The notes under the pieces are model-generated. The model was not told where the DNA came from and searched no databases. It saw nothing but the letters and a program-made list of their open reading frames with translations. From the NCBI GenBank assembly GCA_964501035.1, contig CAZCRK010000012.1, forward strand, positions 1 through 34,503: a stretch of DNA of 34,503 nucleotides. Direction: 5' to 3'. How positions within the stretch are numbered: the stretch's first letter is position 1; every line of letters begins with the position of its first letter. This document shows, in pieces, positions 21,096 to 31,861 of the stretch. The position numbers were made by a program, and so were the translations under genes.

Positions 21096-22526
21096 TTAGT
21101 TTAGTATAATACTAACAAGAGCTACAACATCCAACACATTGACATGTCCATCTGAATTTATATCTGATTCTGGAGGGAAATCAAGTTCAAACAAAATAAT
21201 ATTTACCAACGCAACTGCATCGAGAACATTTACCAAATTGTCACCATTGATATCACCCTGAACTAAAGTTCCTAAGTACACATTTTCATCTCCATTTTGA
21301 TATGCTACATATCTAAATGGAACAAAAAACATTTCATCTGTCGTGCCTTCTCCCCAAAATGACCATGTGGGGGGATTACTTGGATTATTTGGATTGTCTA
21401 CAGTATTATCATACGTGCAATTTGCTACAACTTGTGTTCCTGCCGGCAAGTGTATCATGTATTCAGGAGAGTAAAAAAATTGCCAATCAAAATTCCATTC
21501 ATCAATTTTTATAATTGGAATCTGTCCATTATTATTTGGGAGATTTGCATAAATTTCCCATGACTTTCCTAGTAAATGAGCATGAGGTAAAAATTGGATT
21601 AAACTGATATCTTGTGTAATATCCCAAGTTGTGGTTACGTCTGTAATTTGATCTGGGGGTAATGCAAATTGAAAATTAATCATAACATGTTCTTGGACGT
21701 ATCGTTCTACAGGCTCATCCTTGAAAAAAATATTTATAGAAGACTGGTCTGTATGTTCTGTGTTTAATGGTGCATAATGAATTTGAACAATTATGTCGGA
21801 ATTTGCTGGAATCTCTTGTGCAAGTCCTGTTGGCCATTTCCTAGCTATAGTTCCTGGAGCATAACCCCCCAATAAATCAGAAATTAAAACTATTCCGAAA
21901 CCGCCATAACATTCATATCCATAATCAGGATCTTCAGCATCCATTGCATCAGCACTACCTTCGGGCACTGCAACAATCAATGCATGATGAACCGCTTCCA
22001 GATTCCCCGGACGAAACTCAATTGCATCAATATTAACATTCGAGTCAAAATTAGTTTCCAAAATAAAACACCTATAATCATCATTGTAATTACCTTCAAT
22101 AGTATAAGGCTCGTCCATTTCAAGGATTAAATCTGGTTCTCCAATTGTGGAACCTTCAGGAAAATTTGGTATTGGAAATTCATTTTCTGGATTTCCTTGC
22201 TCTGCTCCGGTATCCACCCATTCTATAAATGTATGAATTTGATCTTCGGTTAAAAACATTGCATCCAGCAAATTACTATATTCCATATTGGGTGGCCAGG
22301 GTGGCATAATAGGATTTCCATGCCGTTCATCATCCCCTGCAATTGCATACGCAATCCAGTATCGATCTGCAAAAACTTGTTCATAATTAGTTAAGGGTAA
22401 GAAAGCTCCAATTTCACCATCTCGATGACATTTTGTGCAGTTTTCATAAATAATCGGAGAAATGTCCTCACTAAAATTGACACCAAAACCAAGCGCCGTA
22501 ACTAGAATTAAAGTTAAATTTTTCAT
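21096..22526 (-). CDS. Secreted copper type II monooxygenase-like protein with N-terminal cytochrome c motif and C-terminal dockerin
   Basis: Signal peptide MKNLTL.., CTKCH plus MPPW, DDYRCF, VHH, QIHY, PHAHLLG, WNFDWQ, CTYDN and DEM. The C-terminus carries two GDINGD-type repeats. Confidence 0.8.
   Translation of the reverse strand: MKNLTLILVTALGFGVNFSEDISPIIYENCTKCHRDGEIGAFLPLTNYEQVFADRYWIAYAIAGDDERHGNPIMPPWPPNMEYSNLLDAMFLTEDQIHTFIEWVDTGAEQGNPENEFPIPNFPEGSTIGEPDLILEMDEPYTIEGNYNDDYRCFILETNFDSNVNIDAIEFRPGNLEAVHHALIVAVPEGSADAMDAEDPDYGYECYGGFGIVLISDLLGGYAPGTIARKWPTGLAQEIPANSDIIVQIHYAPLNTEHTDQSSINIFFKDEPVERYVQEHVMINFQFALPPDQITDVTTTWDITQDISLIQFLPHAHLLGKSWEIYANLPNNNGQIPIIKIDEWNFDWQFFYSPEYMIHLPAGTQVVANCTYDNTVDNPNNPSNPPTWSFWGEGTTDEMFFVPFRYVAYQNGDENVYLGTLVQGDINGDNLVNVLDAVALVNIILFELDFPPESDINSDGHVNVLDVVALVSIILN
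21099..21257 (-). repeat. Dockerin-type duplicated Ca-binding repeat
   Basis: GDINGDNLVNVLDAVALVNIIL ... SDINSDGHVNVLDVVALVSIILN. Confidence 0.85.
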
Positions 22527-22633
22527 AGTAGTAATATAATTGATAATCATTACTAAAACAAAATTTTGAGAGTTTTGGAATTTCTATGTAATTTATATTT
22601 AGGAAGATATATAGGATTGATAAAGGATGTAAA

Positions 22634-23629
22634 GTGAAAAAAATAATAGCAATAATTACACTATTTTCGTGTGGTTTTTCACAAAACAATGTATGTTTTG
22701 AAGTTGAAACAAACCCTTTTGCTGGCATTGCATTGTCAAGTTTTACTAAATATATTCGAGTTTTAGATTGTATTGATGTGTTTGCTGAATCACAGGTTTC
22801 AGATGAAAAAATTCTTCATACTGCTTCAGTTGTTGCTGAACTTCTCGATAATGATGAAAATGGAATAGTGGATGATCCAGCATTAGAAATATCTCTTAGA
22901 AATCTTGATACCATGATGCCAATATTTAATTCTGAATGGTCATCTGGTCAAAATAATGTATTTGATTATTATAATGGATGTTTAGGTGCAGCCTTATATA
23001 AAAATGAAATTGATCCTTCACAGCCCGGCCATTGGGGAAATGATGCAACAGTAGAAGAAGTATTGCATACTATAAATGCTTGTGGCCATGTAGAAGTGTA
23101 CCCTGATGTATTTAGTTTATCACCGAATTCATCGCCTTTAACTGATGCAATGGATATTGCACGAGGTGGACAATTTATCAATATCCCAAACAACTATCCG
23201 GAAGAAGCGTGGTATCATTACGATGATTGGACGTGTGATTATGAATGTATGGCAATGGAATATTTGTATTGGTGTGTTGTTTCAGATATGGGGATACTCG
23301 ATGATACTCAAACGTGTAATGGTATTGATAATGAATGGGAGTTATGTACTCCGGAATTGTTTGAATCAACAGATATTGCGATGTTTGAAATTGTAAATAA
23401 TCCAGAAAACCATTTACCTCAATTTGCACCAGATGGGAATTATTGTCCGAGTGAAAATACGTTGATTGGCGATGTAAATGGTGATTTGATGGTAAACATT
23501 TTAGATGTAATTACGTCTATCAATTTAATATTGAATGGTGAGTATGCCCTAGAAGCTGATTTAAATGAAGATGAGGTAGTAAATATTTTGGATATTGTTG
23601 GTCTAGTGAATATTATTTTAGGAGAGTAA
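22634..23629 (+). CDS. Secreted Cys-rich hypothetical protein with C-terminal dockerin
   Basis: GTG start, AAAGGA SD and a signal peptide. It has an EEVLH motif, YDDWTCDYECMAMEYLYW and a dockerin at the C-terminus. Confidence 0.8.
   Translation: MKKIIAIITLFSCGFSQNNVCFEVETNPFAGIALSSFTKYIRVLDCIDVFAESQVSDEKILHTASVVAELLDNDENGIVDDPALEISLRNLDTMMPIFNSEWSSGQNNVFDYYNGCLGAALYKNEIDPSQPGHWGNDATVEEVLHTINACGHVEVYPDVFSLSPNSSPLTDAMDIARGGQFINIPNNYPEEAWYHYDDWTCDYECMAMEYLYWCVVSDMGILDDTQTCNGIDNEWELCTPELFESTDIAMFEIVNNPENHLPQFAPDGNYCPSENTLIGDVNGDLMVNILDVITSINLILNGEYALEADLNEDEVVNILDIVGLVNIILGE
23468..23626 (+). repeat. Dockerin-type duplicated Ca-binding repeat
   Basis: GDVNGDLMVNILDVITSINLIL ... ADLNEDEVVNILDIVGLVNIILGE. 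Confidence 0.85.
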
Positions 23630-24040
23630 ATGAAGACAGGTATTATAAATTTTGTAATATTTATGCTTAGTATGATTGTTGGTATGATAGTTAATTTTAC
23701 AATAATCATAATTGGAAGTAAGATAATTAGTGTACCTAATGGAATCAATGTGATGGATGCGAATTCTTTAAAAGAAAACATACATTTGTTTAAAGTATAC
23801 CATTTTATATTTCCATTTTTAGCCCATGCGGGTGGTACGTTTATTGGTGCAATATTGGTATCAAAATTTGCAAAATCATTTCAGTTTGTTTTTGCTATGG
23901 GTATCGGACTATTCTTTCTATTTGGAGGAATAATGAATATTAAAATGATTCCAGGCCCACTTTGGTTTAATATTCTTGATGTAACAATGGCCTATATTCC
24001 GATGGCTTGGTTGGGCTGGAAAATGGGAGCAAAGGATTAA
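23630..24040 (+). CDS. Hypothetical membrane protein (about 4 TM helices)
   Basis: Hydrophobic segments, FIFPFLAHAGGTFIGA, and P.WF..D...AYIPMAWLG. AGGAG SD; abuts the upstream stop. Confidence 0.82.
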   Translation: MKTGIINFVIFMLSMIVGMIVNFTIIIIGSKIISVPNGINVMDANSLKENIHLFKVYHFIFPFLAHAGGTFIGAILVSKFAKSFQFVFAMGIGLFFLFGGIMNIKMIPGPLWFNILDVTMAYIPMAWLGWKMGAKD

Positions 24041-24066
24041 ATTAACTCACGGTTATTGCACAAAAC

Positions 24067-24098
24067 CAAAACCCCCTCGTTTTCACGAAGGGGTTTTG
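24067..24098. terminator. Intrinsic terminator of tRNA-Phe (probably bidirectional)
   Basis: Minus strand reads CAAAACCCCTTCGT-GAAA-ACGAGGGGGTTTTG followed by GTTTTG. It has a GNRA loop and sits between convergent genes. Confidence 0.85.
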
Positions 24099-24100
24099 AG

Positions 24101-24173
<73 letters not shown>

Positions 24174-24198
24174 AATTAAGAACCTTGACAAGTCCGAA

Positions 24199-24227
24199 AA
24201 TTTAGAAACAAACACCCTTATTGACCA
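24199..24227 (-). promoter_or_regulatory. Putative promoter of tRNA-Phe
   Basis: Minus strand TGGTCA-N17-TAAATT, 25 nt upstream of the tRNA 5' end. Confidence 0.4.
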
Positions 24228-24311
24228 CGAAAAAAATCTATTATTTTCAAATAAATAATTTCTTTCAAAATGAAAGTCGTTTTAAGTTACCCTCTCGAAG
24301 GGGAGTAGAAA

Positions 24312-24935
24312 TTGAAAGTTATACTTGCAACACATAATAAGGATAAACGAAAAGAGTTAGCAGATTCATTTGCAGACCTAGGTTTAAACATCCTTTCCTT
24401 AGATGATTTTCCACAGGTGGGTGACATTGTTGAAGATGGTTCAACTCTCGAAGAAAATGCACTCATTAAAGCACGAGAAGTGTACCGATTGACAGGATAT
24501 CCAGCAATATCAGACGATACAGGTCTTGAAGTAGATGCATTGGATGGTAATCCTGGAATATATGCTGCAAGATATGCAGGAGAAAATTGTTCATATTCAG
24601 ATAATGTAAATAAATTGATTTTAGAAATGAAGGAAGTTTCTAAGAACAAGCGGTCTGCAAAATTTAAAACAGTAATGGCTTTTGTGGATGGTAAATCGGA
24701 ACTTGTTGCAAAGGGAGAAGTAAAAGGTGAGATTACTGAAACTGCAAAAGGTGTTGGGGGATTTGGATATGACCCCGTATTTTACTACCCTAAATTGAGG
24801 AAAACTTTTGCTGAAATGAGTTTGATAGAGAAAAAAAGTATTTCTCATAGAGGAAATGCCATGAGACATTTAAAAGAAAAATTAAAAACATATTTATCAA
24901 TTCAGAATCATTCTGTTTCAAAGGAGCACGCCTAG
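24312..24935 (+). CDS. rdgB: RdgB/HAM1 non-canonical purine NTP pyrophosphatase
   Basis: Motifs LATHNKDK..E, EDGSTLEENALIKA, SDDTGLEVDALDGNPGIYAARY, GFGYDPVF and SHRG. TTG start with GGGGAG SD. Confidence 0.95.
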   Translation: MKVILATHNKDKRKELADSFADLGLNILSLDDFPQVGDIVEDGSTLEENALIKAREVYRLTGYPAISDDTGLEVDALDGNPGIYAARYAGENCSYSDNVNKLILEMKEVSKNKRSAKFKTVMAFVDGKSELVAKGEVKGEITETAKGVGGFGYDPVFYYPKLRKTFAEMSLIEKKSISHRGNAMRHLKEKLKTYLSIQNHSVSKEHA

Positions 24936-24953
24936 AGATTTATTGCTCCAGTT

Positions 24954-27900
24954 GTGATTAAAACATCTAAAATATACTCAATTTTACTAAAGTGGTTTTT
25001 TGCTTTAGTGGGATTATTATTACCACCAATTCTACTGGCAGGTGAAGGAAACCCTGCACTGTATTTTGACAGGTCAATTCATTATTGGAACTGGTTGCCC
25101 CAAATTGTTCAACCTTTAGAAAACAATGAATTTAAAACCCTATCGTTGAAAAGTACACACCAGCTTAAACACTTGCATGGTATAAACACATTTAAAAAAG
25201 TTACCAATCTAAAGTCAAATAGCGAACTGGGGTTGATTGACAACACATTAGTTTTATACAAACGATATAGTAATGAAGATTTATTGATTCCATCTATAAT
25301 GACATTTGATTGGTATAAAGAACAATCAATTTTAGCGAATCAGATTATCCAGTTTAGAAAAAAAATTATTCAACATTATACTCGGCGAAGGAATACCCAA
25401 AACTCTCACCAAGGTTCAGCAATAAGTTTGATAAATAAACAGATTGGAAATACCAATGTCGCATTGAATATCAAGGGAAATATTTCGATAAACGGTCAGA
25501 TGATTTTTGAAGATAAAGACAATATTGCGTTGAATAGTCAAGAAAATAAATCTTGGGATTTGGACATTAACCAAACTCAAAAGTTTAACATTGAGGGGAT
25601 AATTGGTGAGAAGTTGAAAATAAAAGTAGATCAAGATTCGGAATCTGATTTTGCATGGGAAAATAATCTTCTATTGGAGTTTGACGGAGACGATAATGAT
25701 ATCATTCAAAATATTGTTGCAGGGAATATCAGCTTAAATTTACCATCAACTCAATTTGTGAGTGTAGGTTCTGGTAATCACGAAGGGTTGTTTGGAATTA
25801 AAATGACCAATCAATTGGGACCACTTTCTATTCAAACTATTGTTTCAAGAGAGCAGGTTCGAAAATCCGGCCGGTCGATGAGTGGTGGCGAAATGTCGGA
25901 AGAGACATCTATAAATGACTATTCATTTATTAAGGATAGATACTTTTTTATTGATGAAGATTTTAAACGAAATTTTTATCCTCTTTTACCCGATTACAAA
26001 CATACATTTGAAAGTGAACATGTAATTGGTGAGTATGAAGTGTTTAAGCGTGTAACAGGTTATAATTCATTGGAAGTTGGTATTTATAAAGGTACCGCGT
26101 TTAAGAATCCACTCGATTCGACGAGCTTTAGTGATGATGGTAATTGGAAACGATTGACTGAGGGTGTAGATTATGAGATTGATCCATTTTTAGGGTATAT
26201 GAGATTGAATACTCCAGGAAGCAGTGATGTGGTTGGTATTCATTATAAACTAGCTGAATATTTTGCTGATTCAACCGAACAATTTATACTGTATGAAGAC
26301 CCATTGTTTTCAACTGGCACAAATATTGATGCTCTCTTAAATTACGAAGATTATGATGTGTGCTTGAATGATAATGGATGCACTTCAAATGATTCGCTCT
26401 TAGTTGTTGATGTAGATTTTACAGATATAAATGGTGATAATATATACACCGCTCCACCAGAAATAGCTCTAAAATTGATTAAAACCCAGGGGACATCTAC
26501 TCCAAATTCTGAAACGTGGCCACTTATGTTTAAAAATGTTTATTCATTAGGGGGGTCTGGTATCGATTTGAATTCCCTGGAAGTGGAAATTGTTCATGCT
26601 GGAGGTGATTTGGGAACTGAAACTCACAGTGATGAAGGACATTCTTTTCTCTCAATATTTGGACTAGACACTCTTGATGTAAATGGTAATTATATTCCAA
26701 ATGGTGACGGAAAGATAGATTTGCACGGTAGTTTGATAAATCAAAAATATGGTGAGTTATTTTTACCATTTTACTTACCATTCGCATATGATAATCCTGA
26801 TGATAGTAATGCAGATGTTTGGGGAAATAATCATAATGATTTAAGTGGGATTATTGAAGCTGAATATAATGATTCTGACAACAGTTTTGATAGTGATGAT
26901 AGTGGTCCTGCAATGTATTATTCGAATACCAATCAAGATATTACTGAAGAGCATGAATTCCAAATAGTCGTAAAAAGTTCTGCGCGGTCTTCAACTATGT
27001 CACTTGGATTTATGATAGTCGAAGGCAGTGAACAAGTTGTCTTAAATGGTAGAACTCTGGTGAAAAACGTAGATTACACCATCGATTATTTTTCAGGAAC
27101 GCTCAACTTTTTAACCCCTGATGCAACAGATCCAACAGCCAATATTCAAGTAAGTTATGAAGAAAATGAACTCGTTTCTTTTGACCAAAAATTATTAACA
27201 GGAACACATTTTAAATATGAAATTGATGATAAAAGTTTTTTAAGCGGTGGATTATACTACTATAATCAATCCATAGCTGATGAAAAGGTTGATATTGGAT
27301 TTGAACCAATGCAAAATTTTATCTGGAATTTATCAGGGAAGTATGAGAAAAATGTAGATTTCTTAACCACAGTTGTTGACAAACTACCATTTATTGAAAC
27401 AACAGAGCCATCCCGATTTAAAATTGAGGGTGAAGTGGCGCAGGTATATCCAAATCCCAATCCTTTAGAACAAGCATTTTTAGATGATTTTGAGTCTTCC
27501 AAACGGTCGAGCACTCCGAGTATTTTACAACGTCAATGGAAAATGGCATCTCCACCAAAACGAGTAAATAGTGATAGTTTGTATTCTATTGATAGTCGAG
27601 GTTTTTTAGCATGGTATAATCCGTATGTTGATGTATCTACAACAGATATTTGGCCGAATATGGATGTGTCAACTCAAGCAAATAATACTACTACCAAAAC
27701 ATTGTGGTTGGAGACATTTTTCCATGGAGAAGGGAATGATACCTTATGGAATGGTATTACTACGAGTCTGTTTTCCAGTGACTATGATCAAAGTACAAGT
27801 AAGTTTATGGATATATGGCTAAATGTAGAAACAGTTGAAGAGGATATAATTTTTCATATTGACTTGGGTAATATTAGTGAAGATATGAACAATAATGGAG

Positions 27901-30900
27901 AGTTGGACACCGAAGATCAGTTATCTCTTGGTGGACAATTAGGAAATGGAATTCTCGAAGAAGGCGAAGATACTGGATTAGATGGGTGTGAGGATATCTA
28001 TGAAACTGGAAATCCATATTTTCCATGCCTTCCAAATGATTATACTAATGAGAACCCTGGCATTTATGCTGATTCAATTCATGTAAGCATTGTAGACAAT
28101 CCTGACCCGAACCAAGATAATTGGGTGTATGACAACTCGGATGAAGATTATCAGTTTATTAATGGTACGGAAGGAAATAGTAATGCCCAGGGTTACTTGT
28201 ATCCTGATACTGAGGATTTAAACGGTGATTTAAGTTTAGATTATATTAATGAATATTTTACTTATTCATTTGATCCAAAGGATGAAACTTTAGAGATACT
28301 TGAAGATGGGAATGGTTTAGATTGGAAGCTTTTTCGAATTCCATTATCTGAATTTACCAATGTAGGTGATGGAAAATGGACGGATGTGAAAAATCTACGG
28401 CTTTGGGTTGAAACAACTGAACATAGCATCGACCAATCTAACATCATCAAAATTGCTAAGTTAGAAATTGTTGGAAACGAGTGGCAAGAGATGGCTCTTA
28501 CTTCATTTGACGACCTCGCTGACCCAGACGCTATTGATAATTTTGAAGATGATGAGATTCCATCTTTTACAATTGAAGTTATTAACTCTCAGGAAAATAG
28601 CGAATATGAATCTCCACCTGGAATTGTTGAAGAATATGATGAAATTACTGGTACTACCCAACGAGAACAATCCATCGTTTTATCGTTTAAACATATTGAT
28701 GAAAATAGTGGAATTCCAGCAGACTCTGTTGTTTTAATTAAAAAGAATTTTAATTATTCTTCTTTATCCAATGATAAAAAAAATAGTTTCTTTGCTTATG
28801 ATAATATGGAAATGTTTGTTTATGGAGATAGCGACGAAGAAAGTGGTGGTGGCTCGTGGCATAACGACATTACGGATGTTGAACTGCTCTTTCGATTTGG
28901 AAAAGATGATGATTATTATGAAATCCGTCAACCAATTTATGACGAATGGGATGAAAAGAATAATGTTAAGTTAAATTTGGATGAGCTCACTCGGTATAAA
29001 CTGAATATAGACTCGGTAGAAGAGTTAAATGATAGCGGTTTAGATGGAGTCATAGATGCATTCGAGTCAGGGTGTTATGAAAATGATGAAACAAATCCAT
29101 CAATTCCAGATACATTGATTGCTCTGGGTTACACCTATGAATCACTTTGGGATAGCTGTGAAGTACATTTCAACACAGAAGATTTGGGTGATTTTACAGA
29201 TGTTATTGTATGTGGGAATGGAGATATTTTAGAAAATCATGAAATTTCTGAGTTTGAATTTTCTATCTGTAGAGATGNNNNNNNNNNNNNNNNNNNNNNN
29301 NNNNNNNNNNNNNNNNNNNNNNNNNNNNNNNNNNNNNNNNNNNNNNNNNNNNNNNNNNNNNNNNNNNNNNNNNNNNNCATGATTGTATTGAATCGTTAAT
29401 CGAAGATGGCTCTATAGACATTGGTGATTGCGAAGGTCCAGTAGAAGATTTACCTGATGAAAATGGATTCTATAATGGTATATTTGATGTTCCAAGTGAG
29501 TACAATAATATTAATGATTTTTGGTTTTGGGAAAACAATGAATCAACAGATATTAGCACAGCATGTAATTATTGCACAGAGTTACGTGTTAAGGGTGAAC
29601 CAGCAATAAACAGAATAGAATATATTATGGTGGGTGTTGTTAATGAAACAGATGAAACCGTATTTGGTAGAATTTTCCTTGACGAGCTTCGGATGACGGG
29701 TGTGAAACATGAAAAGGGTCAAGCAATGCGGGTAAGTGGACCAATTGACTTTGCAGATTTATTGAAAATTAATTCATCATATAGTTTGGAAGATGCAGAT
29801 TTCCATAGATTACAAGAGCGTCTTGGGACTGGTAGTTCAACCGAATCATTTTCATTTTCAACAAGTTTTTATCCGCATAAATTTTTACCCTCTCAATGGG
29901 GTATAAATACGCCAATAACGATCAATTATTCATCCAACATATCTTCCCCAAAATTCAAACCAGGAACCGATATTTTACTCGGTAGTATTGATGAAACACC
30001 AGAGGAGCTTAAATCTATATCCGAGTCTATTTCATTTTCTACTGGATTTAATAAAACATCCCGTAGTGATAATTGGTTCATGCAATATACAGTAGATAAA
30101 ATTGATGTTGATTTTTCAATAAAGAAAACTACAAAATCATCTACTACAGTGGAAAATGAAGAAACAATTGATTCTGACTTTTCAGCAAATTATCAAGTGA
30201 ATTTTAACAAGGATAATTATATTTCACCTTTCAAAATTGCTGAAGATGTTCCTCTAATTGGAAAATCTTTATCTGAAACAAGGTGGTATTTTTCACCTGA
30301 AAAAATAAAAGCGACCATTAAAATTGATGACCACGATAAAATATCTTTTCAAAGAAGTGGTACAGTAACGCAAGATACTAGCATGGGCATGACACGAACA
30401 TTTTTGATTAATTATAAGTTAACAGAAAGTTTGCAATCCAATTATAATAATAGTATTCAAAGTAATTTAACAGCATACATGAGTGATAAATTTGGTTTTA
30501 TTAGAGATATGAATCCGGGTGTAATTAAATCCTTAACAGAGAATTTTTCAAATACATTTTCTCCCAATTTTATGGATTGGCTTAAACCAAAATTTACCTA
30601 TAATCCAAAATACACATGGAATTTAGTAAACCAAACAGATTCCATTCCTTCAGCAAATGTATCGAACAATAGTAAGTTAACCGCTTCATTTAATTTTTCT
30701 CCGAAAGAATTGGTTGAATTAGTATATAAACCGGAAAACTCTGCAGGGTCTTCAAGGTCATCAAGCAGGCGTGGGAGGAGAAGAACAAGTAGACAGGAAG
30801 AACAAAAACAAAAACGATTAGAAATTAAGAATCCAACATTAAAAGCTATTTTTAATTCTATACACAAAGTTTCGTCAAAAGTTTCTAAGGTTAATTTTAA

Positions 30901-31846
30901 TTATAATTTTAGTTCAACACATTCACATAGTAATATTTTCGCAGATTTAAGTCCTAGCTATTGGTATCGTTTGGGATTGTGGTCGGATCCTTTTCAAACG
31001 AGTTCTTACTATAATTTAGGGGATGGTCAAGTTGGTTCTTATTCTCACTCTTACACACAAGATTACAAGATAAGTACTAGTATCAATTTGACATCTAAAT
31101 TAACACTTACAAATATGGAATATAAAAATTCTGTAACAACCAATTTATCGTCATCAAGTGACCCAACTGTAAATATTACAGAGACATTTTTGCCGTTAGG
31201 ATTAACAGGTAATGATGGAATACCCATTTTTGGATGGTCTATCAATTTATCTGGATTTGAAAAGTATGGATTCTTCAAAAACTGGTTGAAATCCCTTAGT
31301 TTTTCACATACGTACAAAGGTGAAAGAACGGAATCTTTTAAAAATGATGAACAACAAAAATTAGATTTTACACGATATTATTCACCATTATTTGGATTAG
31401 TAGCAAAAACAAAGGGGCGTAATTCAGTTACCTTTAAGTTAACCTATAATATGAAATTAGACATAAATAATACAGGTACTCAAACAGAACGAGAGTATAA
31501 AAATCAGTTAACAAGTTCATTAGATTATAAAAAATCAGGGGGTTTAAATCTACCAATATTTTTCTTTAGAGATTTTGTAATTGAAAATGATATTGATTTC
31601 AGGTTAGATGTGTCATATGATAAAAACTACACTTTGTTTTCATATGTAAATGCAAGCGATATAAATGAGTTTGATCTAACATCTTTTTCAAATTCAATTA
31701 GTATAAAACCTCGAATTAATTATAGTTTTACTCGCTATGTAGATGGTGATGTATATTTTAACTACATTATATCTGATAATAATTCTGTTGGAAAGAAAAC
31801 TGAAAAGAATTTTGGATTTACAGTCAAAATTAAAATTCAAGGATAG
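24954..31846 (+). CDS. sprA: T9SS outer-membrane translocon SprA/Sov (single gene spanning the N gap)
   Basis: Motifs GIIGEKLKI, IVAGNISL, GLFGIK..QLGPL, LMFKNVYSLG, GRTLVKNVDYTIDYFSG, AFLDDFE, RGFLAWYN, IDLGNISED, PDTEDLNGD, WKLFRIP, FRFGKD..YYEI and IFLDELRM. After the gap the 29627 frame is open from 29378 (HDCIES...LRVKGEPAINRIEYIMVGV). At least about 2,260 aa are sequenced. Confidence 0.88.
29278..29377. other. Scaffold gap (100 N)
   Basis: A run of exactly 100 n, typical placeholder length. It explains the apparent frameshift in sprA. Confidence 0.98.
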
Positions 31847-31861
31847 AAAAAATTAAATAGT

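Noticed and set aside
21096..23629. Cellulosome
   Set aside because: The dockerins are not attached to carbohydrate-active domains, and no cohesin or scaffoldin is visible.
24954..31846. sprA as two genes, a pseudogene or a programmed frameshift
   Set aside because: The frame change coincides with a 100-N placeholder gap. Both flanks are open up to the gap, and SprA-like sequence resumes in the 29378 frame.
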